From positions 1 through 64,000 of IMG/VR virus record IMGVR_UViG_3300009370_001221: a stretch of DNA of 64,000 nucleotides; one strand, written 5' to 3'. The stretch's first letter is position 1. Every line of letters starts with the position of its first letter. A model generated the notes under the pieces. That model was not told the origin of the DNA. It made no database searches and saw nothing but the letters and a program-made list of their open reading frames with translations. This document shows, piece by piece, positions 1 to 10,087 of this stretch. The position numbers and the translations under genes were made by a program.

Positions 1-266
1 ACATACATATCAATATGTGTGTCACCAGTATTGGTTAATCGTTGTCTAAAGGTTGCTCGTTCTGCATCTGTCCAAGTGTTAGACAAATACATTAAGGTTG
101 TATTAAACTTCTTTGACTGATCGTTAGTGAAAGGTCCTATCTTACCTAATAAAAAGGAAGACCTTACACCATGCAACGAGTGTATTTTATCGTATGCTTG
201 ACTGATACTAGGTACTAGTAATATACTAGAAAGTACCAGTGAAACCAAAAAAGATTTTGTTTTCAT
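1..266 (-). CDS. Partial secreted protein, tandem paralog of 226..1299 (runs off window start)
   Basis: Hand translation from ATG at 266: MKTKSFLVSLVLSSILLVPSISQAYDKIHSLHGVRSSFLL...GDTHIDMY. Matches AYDTNYSLHGHSASFLM...GDTHIYLY of the upstream gene; has a signal-peptide-like N-terminus. Confidence 0.75.
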   Translation of the reverse strand, partial: MKTKSFLVSLVLSSILLVPSISQAYDKIHSLHGVRSSFLLGKIGPFTNDQSKKFNTTLMYLSNTWTDAERATFRQRLTNTGDTHIDMY

Positions 267-1299
267 TAAAATCATCTGCTGTAGTATGGGATAATTCCAT
301 CTTAAAATTTAATGAATTATCATTTTTTTCAAACAAGTTAAATGTTTTCTGTGTGCCATATAGTTGATAATTGTCTGTTAAATCCATTTTCAATTCAAAA
401 TCATAGTTAGTATGCAAATAATATGCACCAACGGCGATTAAAGCAACACCAGCAACTGCCATTGCTGTTTCAGCATCTCTGTTTTTCTTTTTTGGCGGCT
501 CTTCTGCACCGCACAGTGTAATACTTCTACCGTTACCTGTACCTATTGCACCTGCCGCACACGCCGCATCACCTAATGCTCTAGCGTTCGCTGATCTACT
601 TTCAAATGAGTACTCGGACGCAACAACTGGTTTACCAGTTACTGCAATTGCATGAGCCACCATGGCCTTTACTTGTTCTGCTGTCTTACCAAAGCCGGTT
701 TGTAAAAATACATAATCAGCATTAGCAAAGTATGCCGGTTGAACACCTGGTGTCAAATGCACACCAACAGGTTTATTTGTTTTTGATTTTAAATGTGCTA
801 CTAGAGCCTGCACTTGAGCGGCACTCCAATATTCATCACATTCTAGGCAAGTAACATATCCTGTAACTTTGTCGTCAAACCTAGCAACCATATTACTAAA
901 GTGTGCCTTCTGGGCATCCATGGATTGATTTGTGATAGAAGGACTGTCATCAGGTGTCAACCATAAAACTGGTTTGAGTCCCATGTTGTTGAGTTCATCT
1001 AGTCTTGCTTCCCAATCTGGTTGGGGACTTATCTGTTCTAGATTGTAACCACCACCATTGTCACCACCATTTCTGGTGTAAAGATAGATGTGGGTATCGC
1101 CATTGGCCTTTGCGGCATTTCTCATACCGACTTTGTTGGCGTTAGGGTGAAGATAATTAAGTGTCATCCACTTATTATCTAACATCAAAAAACTTGCACT
1201 GTGTCCGTGTAGTGAATAATTTGTATCATATGCATAGATATTGGGCGAGCATATCATAGAAAACACCACTACAGCCAAAGTAGTTATATACTTTTTCAT
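226..1299 (-). CDS. Secreted/membrane-anchored protein, possibly glycoside-hydrolase-like TIM barrel
   Basis: Signal peptide, LECDEY and ASEYS acidic motifs at strand ends, hydrophobic helix near C-terminus; GAGG RBS. Confidence 0.45.
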   Translation of the reverse strand: MKKYITTLAVVVFSMICSPNIYAYDTNYSLHGHSASFLMLDNKWMTLNYLHPNANKVGMRNAAKANGDTHIYLYTRNGGDNGGGYNLEQISPQPDWEARLDELNNMGLKPVLWLTPDDSPSITNQSMDAQKAHFSNMVARFDDKVTGYVTCLECDEYWSAAQVQALVAHLKSKTNKPVGVHLTPGVQPAYFANADYVFLQTGFGKTAEQVKAMVAHAIAVTGKPVVASEYSFESRSANARALGDAACAAGAIGTGNGRSITLCGAEEPPKKKNRDAETAMAVAGVALIAVGAYYLHTNYDFELKMDLTDNYQLYGTQKTFNLFEKNDNSLNFKMELSHTTADDFNENKIFFGFTGTF

Positions 1300-1349
1300 A
1301 ATTAAATTACCTCAAGTATTAATTATCAAAAAATAATTTTAGGAGGTAA

Positions 1350-2240
1350 CTATTCGATAGTGCCAAATGTGGCCCATGTGCCAGGGTCACCTGATTCTAT
1401 ACAAACCCAACCAATTGGTTGGCCAATTGCTGGCTCTTGATTCCAAATAATCTCACTTCTATCATGCCAGCCTGGTTTTGGTTTAGAGTAGCCTGAGGAC
1501 ATTGTGACACCATCAAACTTAATATCACCACGTACTTCTAATGTAGCAGTGGGTTCGCGAGTGCCTATGCCAATATTACCATCAGTACAAACTGTCATAT
1601 GTACTGCTTTTTCACTTCCAAGCATATTAGTACCAAATACTAAATCAGTATTTCGAGCAGTACCAACATAACTTTTATCACCTACACCATCGACTACTAA
1701 TTCAGCACCACTGTCATTTTGTATATGTAGTGCGCCAACAGGTTCAGAAGTATTAATACCAACACGATTGGTTAATGAATTAACGTGGAAACTATATCCT
1801 GCATCTAGATTGCCAATTACAATCAACTTTTCTAAATGTCCCACTGTCCTTAAATTACTAAAGGCAATACCTGGACCTAATTCACTACGAGATAACACAG
1901 TATCATGTCCCATATGAATTAATCCTTGTTTACCTAAATGAATGCCATCTACTATCTCTTCTTGTGTAAATTTGTATTTGAGATTTTCTACAGTCATTGT
2001 ACCACTAACTGTAATATTAGTAACTTCTATATCATTACTAGTGATATTATCAACACTTAAACCATTATCATCTAGGTGTAAGGCAGGCTTGGTCGCTTCA
2101 TCTTTAATACCAGTACTGGAAAAATTCGTTATCGTACCACCATCTATATAGTCACCACTTAGATCATTGGCGTCAAAATTGATATGTTCTATTTTAATAG
2201 AACTTGGTGACATTAATGTTTCAAATGTTGCTATGCTCAT
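1350..2240 (-). CDS. Tail fiber-like virion structural protein
   Basis: RVGINTSEP / GNIGIGTREPTATLEVRG beta repeats typical of tail fibers; C-terminal GWVCIESGDPGTW. Confidence 0.6.
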   Translation of the reverse strand: MSIATFETLMSPSSIKIEHINFDANDLSGDYIDGGTITNFSSTGIKDEATKPALHLDDNGLSVDNITSNDIEVTNITVSGTMTVENLKYKFTQEEIVDGIHLGKQGLIHMGHDTVLSRSELGPGIAFSNLRTVGHLEKLIVIGNLDAGYSFHVNSLTNRVGINTSEPVGALHIQNDSGAELVVDGVGDKSYVGTARNTDLVFGTNMLGSEKAVHMTVCTDGNIGIGTREPTATLEVRGDIKFDGVTMSSGYSKPKPGWHDRSEIIWNQEPAIGQPIGWVCIESGDPGTWATFGTIE

Positions 2241-2248
2241 AATTTTTC

Positions 2249-3022
2249 CTATTGTGTCACTGATATAATATACTGACCACTATTACTATATATCGGTTTA
2301 TACAATAATTTTTTATGCACTGTAAAATTAGTCCAACCGGCTGAAGCAGTATGATATGCCAGTTGTTTAAAAAACATTGCTTGACGTTGTTGTGGTTCAA
2401 ATACTGTCATTTTTTTATTTGTTTGATCAATAGCATAAGAATAGTGCATCCACTTCTTTCTATCTTCCTGATCCCATTTTCTATAAGATACTAATATATA
2501 TTCTACTCCAGCAGTACTAATATAAAATGGTTCAGTAAACATTTTATTATTGAATTTAATATTCTTATAATCCATTAAAGATGTTAATAAAATACCTTCT
2601 GTATGTAATAAAGACAACGCATTATGTAAATTAGTTCTTTGTTGATCTTCACTATTAGCATATGTAAAATATTGATCCAATGCTAATACAGCATCATATG
2701 GTTCTTGTTTATCTTTATTCATATGATACTTAACACAAAATGCATCTAATGGCATATTGTGATTTTTAATTTTAACATCAAATTCCTTACACAAATTATT
2801 TACATATTTGACAAGTTTTTTATTCTCAGAAATATAACTTACATCTAAACCTTGTAAGGCAAAATCTACTAATATACTATGAAATTCAAGACTTATAATT
2901 CTTTCAGGCGCTTTATGTTTTTCTTCAAATGCTCTTTGAATTATTGACGCCTTTCGCTGAATTACTTTTTCAATTTTTTCTTTATCAATTAGAAGTGTAG
3001 CGAAATCGTAAAAATCGTTCAT
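2249..3022 (-). CDS. Degenerate SAM-methyltransferase-fold protein
   Basis: YDAVLALD...LLHTEGILL pattern of the class I MTase C-terminal half; no clear glycine motif I. Confidence 0.4.
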   Translation of the reverse strand: MNDFYDFATLLIDKEKIEKVIQRKASIIQRAFEEKHKAPERIISLEFHSILVDFALQGLDVSYISENKKLVKYVNNLCKEFDVKIKNHNMPLDAFCVKYHMNKDKQEPYDAVLALDQYFTYANSEDQQRTNLHNALSLLHTEGILLTSLMDYKNIKFNNKMFTEPFYISTAGVEYILVSYRKWDQEDRKKWMHYSYAIDQTNKKMTVFEPQQRQAMFFKQLAYHTASAGWTNFTVHKKLLYKPIYSNSGQYIISVTQ

Positions 3023-3097
3023 TAAACGTAGGTTGCTCCATTAAAGTAATATCTACCAGTATTTAGTTAAAATACCAATAATATTACTCGGAAAAAC

Positions 3098-3304
3098 CTA
3101 CGTTTTAGGTGGTTCGCCTGTTGATGTAAACTCTAAACCAGCATATCTACCATGATATACCTTAGCATCGGGAGTTTTTTTAAATAATTTTATAGGGGTA
3201 TCTGTGCCTACAATAGCAACTTCCAGCATTTTATCATTTTTATGTAAAATATCTGCTGGAGCAACTTGCCCATTATCTACACAATGTATTTCAGTTCTAT
3301 CCAT
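3098..3304 (-). CDS. Hypothetical phage protein
   Basis: ORF overlapping the stop of the upstream gene. Confidence 0.6.
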   Translation of the reverse strand: MDRTEIHCVDNGQVAPADILHKNDKMLEVAIVGTDTPIKLFKKTPDAKVYHGRYAGLEFTSTGEPPKT

Positions 3305-3761
3305 TGCCTACGTAATCGTCAAATAATCCATGTATAACATCTACAGCATTTTGAAAATCTTCAAATACCCAATTAACATTTGCCCTAATTAAAGGATGCT
3401 CTGTTAAGTACTCATCATCTGTTACTAATATAATAGGTTTCTTTAAACCAATTGCCCAACCAATCTCAATAGTTGTACCATAAGATGGCCGACGTTGGTT
3501 TAATTCACGTGGCATATATGCAAGAATTAAATCACACTTTTCTGTGTCATACCAATTCTTTGCCGCTATTGCTCCGGGGGAATTGTAACGTGGGTCGTTA
3601 CCTGGGCCGTATGTTTCTCCTTCCATAGGCTCACAACGTAGTGGGGAAATTCCAATTATGTTTGTGTGTAATTTATCACGAACATAACTGCGCCAGTCGT
3701 TTGCTTCCTGATAATTGCATTGCGCTATCGGGCCAGCAAGGTAAATATATTTTTTAGTCAT
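3297..3761 (-). CDS. Nucleoside 2-deoxyribosyltransferase family protein
   Basis: IYLAGPI, CDLILAY and SYGTTIEIGWA motifs. Confidence 0.85.
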   Translation of the reverse strand: MTKKYIYLAGPIAQCNYQEANDWRSYVRDKLHTNIIGISPLRCEPMEGETYGPGNDPRYNSPGAIAAKNWYDTEKCDLILAYMPRELNQRRPSYGTTIEIGWAIGLKKPIILVTDDEYLTEHPLIRANVNWVFEDFQNAVDVIHGLFDDYVGNG

Positions 3762-3767
3762 GCTATG

Positions 3768-3796
3768 ATTCTATAGCAAATCGTGTAAAATGTCAA
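3768..3796 (-). promoter_or_regulatory. Sigma70-type promoter, predicted leaderless transcript
   Basis: TTGACA-17nt-TAGAAT-6nt-ATG(3761). Confidence 0.75.
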
Positions 3797-3797
3797 G

Positions 3798-4070
3798 TTA
3801 TTTGTATTTCTCGTCGTTCCAGTTATCTAACTCTTTCCAGCCTTCCCAATTTGGGATAGATCTACGGATATTATTAGTATTACGTACAATTAATTTTGCT
3901 AATCCAAATCCAGCATATACAAATGGAAAAAATGCGTGAACAAATGACATTATTGACAAATAACCCAATAAAGCACCTGCTCTACATGCTATCCATGCGT
4001 GATAGCAGTAATAAGAAAAATTACATTTACGATTCGCCGCGATCGCGGCATTTTTTAAGTGTCCAGCCAT
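3798..4070 (-). CDS. Small membrane protein (DUF6356-like)
   Basis: SY..H...A...VHAFFPF pattern. Confidence 0.5.
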   Translation of the reverse strand: MAGHLKNAAIAANRKCNFSYYCYHAWIACRAGALLGYLSIMSFVHAFFPFVYAGFGLAKLIVRNTNNIRRSIPNWEGWKELDNWNDEKYK

Positions 4071-4100
4071 TAACCATCTCCCTTAATTAATGTTATTGAG

Positions 4101-4535
4101 TTATACTGACTCTGCTAAACCACGACCAGGATGACCTTGTAAGAAAGCATCTACTTCAGATGGTCTAATTTGATGTACACTCCCATGTTCATCATATACA
4201 AGTTCTGTTTTTTCATCAGCAGTATCAATACCTGCGGCTTGTAGAAACATTTCTTTATTAAAGCGAGGATTATCCTTCTCAAACATTGCTACTAAACGAC
4301 TCGCATAGTCATCACGAGTATCATTATCACTAATACTTTTTAACATATCAGCAAATAATTCAAAATGTTGCTTGGTAAATGCTTCGTCTAATTGCTGGCC
4401 AGGCAACAATTCTCCATCTTCATCTAACTTAAGAGTTTGTTCTATTTCACCCTCTTCTAATATTGTTTCAGGATCAATTTTTTCTTTCGTAAGTAACTCT
4501 AACGTTGTTAGAATATCTTTCATCTGTGTGCTCAT
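4101..4535 (-). CDS. Hypothetical acidic protein
   Basis: ORF track; FTKQHFE...DNPRFNKEMFLQA segment. Confidence 0.55.
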   Translation of the reverse strand: MSTQMKDILTTLELLTKEKIDPETILEEGEIEQTLKLDEDGELLPGQQLDEAFTKQHFELFADMLKSISDNDTRDDYASRLVAMFEKDNPRFNKEMFLQAAGIDTADEKTELVYDEHGSVHQIRPSEVDAFLQGHPGRGLAESV

Positions 4536-4574
4536 AATAATGTTTCCATTTATATGTATTTATTAAATATTAAT

Positions 4575-5498
4575 ATGAAGTTAGATTTAACCAAACAATA
4601 TATTGACTTAGAAACTGTTAATAAATTTATTGAATACAATTCTGATTTTTCTGACGTAAGACCTATACCAAATCCACATTTAGACGTAGTGTTTATGAGT
4701 TATAATGAGAAAGATGCTGATAAACATTATAAATTATTAAAAAAACGTGTACCTAACGCTAAACGTGTAAATGGTGTTAAAGGAATACTTAATGCGTATA
4801 ATGCGTGTAGGGAAATAACAGAAACTCCATACTACTTTATAGTTGAAGGAGATTCTATGGTATGTAAGGATTTTAACTTTAAACCACCGCAAAAATGGAC
4901 TAAACACTTAACCACATTAACTAATGACGAAATTAGTTATGAATATGTTAAAAGAAAACATAATATTAATTGGAATTCATTAAATCCGGTAAATGGTGAG
5001 ATACTTAATCATAGTCCTGTGGCTTTAGTTTGTAAAAGCACAAACAATTATAACTTATTTGAAAAATTCAAACTGCCTAATAATTATGACATCGATAATA
5101 CATATGAAATATTTGATGAAACTATAATTGAGGAAGATTATTGGAAAATGTGGGGTTCATGGCAAGAAAATAACATAGCAAGCATAAGTTTTTTTAATAC
5201 CTCGCCATATGACTCATGGAAAACAGGATTTAGAATTGGAAATAGACTAACTTATAAACTTCTTAATGAGACAAATAAACAAAACCATAATGATTATACT
5301 ATAAGATTAGATAAATGGTCTAGTGTAGGATATGAGCAAAAAAATGGTAAATACTGTATAGAAGGAGTGACATACGGCATAAAATGTGCTAAAATATGTA
5401 ATAATTGGATAGAGGAATACAGAAATACTTCAGACAATTATGATTGGTTAAGAGAAACTTTTGAGAAAGAATATGGAACACAACATAATACTAACTGA
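4575..5498 (+). CDS. Glycosyltransferase-like protein (GT-A fold), paralog of 12812..13549
   Basis: DVVFMSYNE...AKRVNGVKGI...FIVEGD motifs shared with 12812..13549; start reassigned to the ATG 5 nt after TAAATA. Confidence 0.6.
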   Translation: MKLDLTKQYIDLETVNKFIEYNSDFSDVRPIPNPHLDVVFMSYNEKDADKHYKLLKKRVPNAKRVNGVKGILNAYNACREITETPYYFIVEGDSMVCKDFNFKPPQKWTKHLTTLTNDEISYEYVKRKHNINWNSLNPVNGEILNHSPVALVCKSTNNYNLFEKFKLPNNYDIDNTYEIFDETIIEEDYWKMWGSWQENNIASISFFNTSPYDSWKTGFRIGNRLTYKLLNETNKQNHNDYTIRLDKWSSVGYEQKNGKYCIEGVTYGIKCAKICNNWIEEYRNTSDNYDWLRETFEKEYGTQHNTN

Positions 5499-5802
5499 AA
5501 CAGCAAAAAAACAGTTACTAACAGTTGCTACTAAAAATGACGTACCATACGTCCGCTATTCACTTGATGGCGGCGGGTGCTCAGGCTTAATTGGCAAATG
5601 GGAAAATTCTGACGAGTTAGAAGATGGTGATATTACTTTTGATTTAGGTGAGAGTAAACAATTCCTCATTGATAAATTTACAATTACACATATGACTGGT
5701 GCAACAATTGATTATACTGGTGATTTTATGCCAGCATTTAAAGTTACCATCCCAGATACTGCATCTTGTGGGTGTGGTGAATCCTTTATGATGAAGGGTT
5801 AG
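5473..5802 (+). CDS. iscA: A-type Fe-S cluster carrier (IscA/SufA/HesB family)
   Basis: GGGCSG and SCGCGESF signature motifs. Confidence 0.92.
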   Translation: MEHNIILTETAKKQLLTVATKNDVPYVRYSLDGGGCSGLIGKWENSDELEDGDITFDLGESKQFLIDKFTITHMTGATIDYTGDFMPAFKVTIPDTASCGCGESFMMKG

Positions 5803-6433
5803 TAATAAAGTTGTAAATATCTTTCCAATTTTTAGCAACTAAAGCAGGGCCTGGATAATCCATATTATGACCATGTTCCATTAGTATACCACGCAACCCC
5901 ATTTTTTCGCCAGTATCTACATTTTTCATTTTATCTTCTATCCACCAGCATCCTGAGTCCCTATAAGGTTCTAATGCGTCATCTTTATCAACGCCAGTAT
6001 CTAAACAAACTACTTTTTCAAATGCGGTTTCACCAAACAATTTGGCTAAATTCTGTTCTCTTAAACGTATCGCGTGTCTATTCAAACTTAATGATGTAAT
6101 TGCGTGAAATGCGTAACCATGTTGCTCATGTAATTTTTTTACATAAAACATAGCATCTCGTAATGGGGGGAGGAAACCTATTGAAGCACTCTCATTAAAA
6201 AACTCTGTTAATTTTTTAGCATTTGTACCAGTTATACCAAAACGCTTTGCTACGCTATAAACTAGTTTATGCCCATCTTCTGCTGTGTGTCCGTGCTCTT
6301 CCATCCACGTATGAAACGCGAATTCCCAGTCTAGCAAGACACCATCAACATCGGTTAATATGATTCTATCTTTCTTCATTGTTGAGTGACTTGTGAGTAG
6401 TGTTGCCAAAGAATTTACTTCTAAGGTAACCAT
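5786..6433 (-). CDS. HAD-superfamily hydrolase (5'-nucleotidase-like, T4 30.2-like)
   Basis: DVDGVLLD motif I and WIEDK motif; may start at MKKDRI (6379). Confidence 0.8.
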   Translation of the reverse strand: MVTLEVNSLATLLTSHSTMKKDRIILTDVDGVLLDWEFAFHTWMEEHGHTAEDGHKLVYSVAKRFGITGTNAKKLTEFFNESASIGFLPPLRDAMFYVKKLHEQHGYAFHAITSLSLNRHAIRLREQNLAKLFGETAFEKVVCLDTGVDKDDALEPYRDSGCWWIEDKMKNVDTGEKMGLRGILMEHGHNMDYPGPALVAKNWKDIYNFITNPSS

Positions 6434-6444
6434 TATATTCGTAT

Positions 6445-6651
6445 TTACGAGTCATTGCTAGAAGGTTTAGTGGTGTTTTTATACCAACCATCTCCTTTTA
6501 AAATAAATGATGATAATGAGGGTACTCTTTTAAATGTTTTCTCGCCACAATTTGGGCAAAATTCTATTGGCTCATCCTTAATGGATTGTGTTATTTCTAG
6601 GGTATGTTCGCAATTATCGTCTTCACATTTGTATTCATAAGTTGGCATCAA
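6445..6651 (-). CDS. FmdB-family zinc-ribbon protein
   Basis: MPTYEYKC...CPNCG...FILKGDGWY. Confidence 0.88.
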   Translation of the reverse strand: MMPTYEYKCEDDNCEHTLEITQSIKDEPIEFCPNCGEKTFKRVPSLSSFILKGDGWYKNTTKPSSNDS

Positions 6652-6941
6652 TCATCCTCTCGAATAATTACTCTATGTTTAATTACTGGGTCTGCTAATT
6701 GTATCATTGTTACTTCTTTTAATGAACCTGCATAAATTTTAGTATCACCTTCAAACTTTCTCATAACACGTTCTAACCATATCACTTGATTAGAGTGTTC
6801 TAACATTTGTACTTCTTTCTGTGTTCTATGGGATTTTCTTGGATTTAATTTCCACATGCGTATTGGACGCCACGCAAACCATTCATGCCATTGGCTCAGT
6901 CTAATTGCTCGTTCTTCTCTTGTTTCTCGTGTCCAGCGCAT
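6648..6941 (-). CDS. Hypothetical phage protein
   Basis: WHEWFAWRPI...WLERV motif; stop/start overlap with the neighbour. Confidence 0.55.
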   Translation of the reverse strand: MRWTRETREERAIRLSQWHEWFAWRPIRMWKLNPRKSHRTQKEVQMLEHSNQVIWLERVMRKFEGDTKIYAGSLKEVTMIQLADPVIKHRVIIREDD

Positions 6942-6954
6942 AAACTATTTAGTT

Positions 6955-7767
6955 TCATAAAAATGCTGTGCTTGTAATAGGAACGGGATTGTAATAATTC
7001 TCAATTAGTTCGCAGTCATCATCAAATCTAACATCTGCTGTAGGACTGTATTCCATAACTAATATTTTGCAAGGGAGTTTTGTTTCGTTATATATACGGT
7101 GAAATTGTCCTGATGGAACATAAAAATGCATATACTTTGTTAATGAGCGGGTTTTTAGTTTATTAACATCTTCTGGCCAAGCATATTCTACTTGACAATC
7201 ACCTTTAGCAACAAACCAAAATTCACTTTTCTTCTTATGACGTTCCATTTGCATTGTTGCGCCGGGATCTAAATGTACTTCCTTTACACGACATGTTGTG
7301 TCATTGTACAATACATTATAATAACCAAATTCCTCATACGACATACCAAATTTATAATTCTTAATTAAGTCACTTGAGGAGTTTTTCTTGTCATCACCGC
7401 CAATACTAAACACAAATTCTACACCCTCTACTTCTTGTTCTGGAACATTATCTTTACCACGATCTCCACCATTAGCAAATACAATTGTGTCATCAGGGTA
7501 ATGTCTTTTAACTTTGTTTAATGCATCTATAGCAGTATTGTCATTATCATTAAACGAGAAAACTTCATCCACCATTTGTAAATTGCGTACAATAAGGCGT
7601 CTTTCCTCAAATAACATAAAAGACCTGCCTTTTTTGCGTTGAAGCCACTTATCACTGTTTAACGCCACTACGAGTTTATCTCCTAGTGCTTTGGCTGAAT
7701 TAAATAAAGCGATATGTCCTTTGTGAATAGGATCGAAACCGCCTGAGACTACTATAATCTTTGACAT
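6955..7767 (-). CDS. Cytidylyl/adenylyltransferase (RfaE/TagD-like) fused to a cupin (type II phosphomannose isomerase-like)
   Basis: SGGFDPIHKGH (HxGH), FANGGDR, NSSS; C-terminal cupin with RHKKKSEFW and HRIYN. Confidence 0.85.
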   Translation of the reverse strand: MSKIIVVSGGFDPIHKGHIALFNSAKALGDKLVVALNSDKWLQRKKGRSFMLFEERRLIVRNLQMVDEVFSFNDNDNTAIDALNKVKRHYPDDTIVFANGGDRGKDNVPEQEVEGVEFVFSIGGDDKKNSSSDLIKNYKFGMSYEEFGYYNVLYNDTTCRVKEVHLDPGATMQMERHKKKSEFWFVAKGDCQVEYAWPEDVNKLKTRSLTKYMHFYVPSGQFHRIYNETKLPCKILVMEYSPTADVRFDDDCELIENYYNPVPITSTAFL

Positions 7768-7848
7768 GTTAATATTTAACTATAAATATACTTAACATAT
7801 ACTATTATATTATATTTCAATGATATTGTCAAGGAAAGAGGAATAATA

Positions 7849-8148
7849 ATGCCACACACAGTCAAATATAAAATAACATCTCTATTAGATGCAGAAAAAG
7901 TTTACAGTTCAACTACTGATTTTTGGAATGATCATAGCGAATATTTAGATGATGTATCTTCTAAAAGAGAAGAATATGAAACTGACAGAGTAATATCTAA
8001 AAGTCAAGAATTAGCAGAAGATGGATTATCAGTTATAACTACAAGAGAATTTGTAGATGAAGCAAAATATAATGAATATATGTCTCTGGTTATGGGAATA
8101 ACACCATCTAAAGATACTACACTAAAGTTTGAGAAAATTTCTTTATAA
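7849..8148 (+). CDS. Hypothetical protein
   Basis: GAGG RBS; first gene of a plus-strand operon. Confidence 0.6.
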   Translation: MPHTVKYKITSLLDAEKVYSSTTDFWNDHSEYLDDVSSKREEYETDRVISKSQELAEDGLSVITTREFVDEAKYNEYMSLVMGITPSKDTTLKFEKISL

Positions 8149-8165
8149 ATTTACATTATAAACGT

Positions 8166-8804
8166 ATGAATGATGATGATAAAGCACTTTTACGATTATA
8201 TTCTATGGTTGATTGGATTGAACTGAATAGATTTAACCATAAAAAGTTATTAAAAGAATTAGAAATATTCAAACTTAACTGGAAACGTTATAACCCTAGT
8301 AAACCAAATAACAGATGGGGATTAAGTGTGACCAGCATTGATGGTGGTCTTCACGGTGTCCCTGATTTAACAAGTTTAAGAGATTATGAAATAGAAACAG
8401 GGCAAGTAATACATAATCATGATATTAACGTAACAACCCCTGTATATGATCATTGCGAGGAATTACAAAATCTTTTAGAACCATGGAAACCATGGTTAGG
8501 TCGATGTCATTTTCTTCGTATGGATACAGGAAGTTTTTTTCCAGACCATTTTGATATTAATAAAGAAGATTATACTTACGAAGAAATTAGACTAGTTGGC
8601 TTTGTTAATACTAACGAATATCAATTCAAATGGATATATGATGATAAAATCATAAAAGGCAGAAACGGCAGTATTTGGTATTTTAATGGTAACAAAAGAC
8701 ACAGTGTTCACTCAGTAGCAGATAATATGATGTTATTAGTTATTTGTTTAAAATTTGATAAACATTTATTTCAAAAAGTATTAGATCTTGGTCATGTACA
8801 GTGA
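8166..8804 (+). CDS. Asp/Asn beta-hydroxylase-like 2OG-Fe(II) oxygenase
   Basis: PDHFD (HxD) and distal HSVH metal-binding triad. Confidence 0.7.
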   Translation: MNDDDKALLRLYSMVDWIELNRFNHKKLLKELEIFKLNWKRYNPSKPNNRWGLSVTSIDGGLHGVPDLTSLRDYEIETGQVIHNHDINVTTPVYDHCEELQNLLEPWKPWLGRCHFLRMDTGSFFPDHFDINKEDYTYEEIRLVGFVNTNEYQFKWIYDDKIIKGRNGSIWYFNGNKRHSVHSVADNMMLLVICLKFDKHLFQKVLDLGHVQ

Positions 8805-10087
8805 TTCTATTATTGTGGTCTTTATTTGGCATAGCAAGTGGAATAATTTTTGGAATCATTCCCGGCGCTGGTCCATTTTTAGCAATAGCAACAGTTTATG
8901 CTATATTAGCAAACACAGAGCCAATTAATATTTTAGCATTTTATATAGCACTCATAATAACATCAAATTATACAAACAGTGTTACTGCTATACTTTATGG
9001 AATTCCTGGTGACGCGACAGCAGTTACCACTGCAAGAATTGGTCATAAATTATTTACAAAAGGAGTTGGCCATCTTGCTGTAAGTAGCAACGCAATAGCA
9101 AGCAGTATAGGTTCTATATTTGCCGTAGGAGTATTTCTACTATTTTTCCCACAAATATTACATATTTTTAAATTTTACAATAGTACTATTCAATTAATTG
9201 TTATTGGTTTAGCAATTATATTAATAACATTATACACAAAACAACAAATATATAAAACATTACTTCTTTTTATATTAGGGGGTGTGCTTGCCAAAATTGG
9301 ATTTAATAATACTACATATGAAACATGGGGCACATTTGGTATAGATTACTTAACTTTGGGCATACCTTTTAGTAGTGTAATGATAGGCTTGTATATTATT
9401 CCTGAAATATTAAAATTTAAAAATTTAACTATCAGTACACCTAAAAAAATAACTAAATTTGCTATAGGAAAAAATACGTTACCTGCAACAATGTTAGGAA
9501 GTGTTGTTGGATTCTGGTGCGGACTTATACCTGGCATTACTAATATTCTAGGAAGTTTTGTTAGTGCGAATTTAGTAAAAAAATTCTTTAGAATGCCAAA
9601 CTTAAAAAGTATTTCAGCGGCCGAGGCGGCAAATAACAGTGGAGCATTGAGTAGTTTATTACCATTACTGATACTTGGCATACCAATTGTAGGAAGTGAG
9701 GTACTAATATACTATTTGATGATGTCTCAAGGTTATATATTCAATTTAGAGACAATTAAATCAGAATTTTTCTCTATACTTTATTGTATTCCAGTTATAA
9801 TACTAATTTGTCTATTATTATCATGGACAGGTTTTAACATGTTAGGTAAAATAGCATATCTTTATAAAGAACACAAAAATATAGTGAGCATTGGTATTGT
9901 AAGCATAATATGTATAATGAGTATTCAAATTTATCCAGTAGCAGAGTGGATGCTTATTTGTTTAATAGTATTAACTATACTAGGATATTATATGAGAAAT
10001 TTAGATACATTTCCAGTAATATATGGGTTCTTTTTAACTGACTTATTTTGGGATAACGCAATAAGAATAATAATAATATATCAATGA
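8801..10087 (+). CDS. Tripartite tricarboxylate transporter TctA-family permease
   Basis: GIIPGAG, AILYGIPGD, GLIPG and AAEAANNS...LLILGIP motifs; highly hydrophobic. Confidence 0.88.
   Translation: MILLLWSLFGIASGIIFGIIPGAGPFLAIATVYAILANTEPINILAFYIALIITSNYTNSVTAILYGIPGDATAVTTARIGHKLFTKGVGHLAVSSNAIASSIGSIFAVGVFLLFFPQILHIFKFYNSTIQLIVIGLAIILITLYTKQQIYKTLLLFILGGVLAKIGFNNTTYETWGTFGIDYLTLGIPFSSVMIGLYIIPEILKFKNLTISTPKKITKFAIGKNTLPATMLGSVVGFWCGLIPGITNILGSFVSANLVKKFFRMPNLKSISAAEAANNSGALSSLLPLLILGIPIVGSEVLIYYLMMSQGYIFNLETIKSEFFSILYCIPVIILICLLLSWTGFNMLGKIAYLYKEHKNIVSIGIVSIICIMSIQIYPVAEWMLICLIVLTILGYYMRNLDTFPVIYGFFLTDLFWDNAIRIIIIYQ

Noticed and set aside
226-266. Outer-membrane beta-signal (C-terminal FFGFTGTF)
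   Set aside because: These codons overlap the signal peptide of the next gene, so the pattern may be incidental
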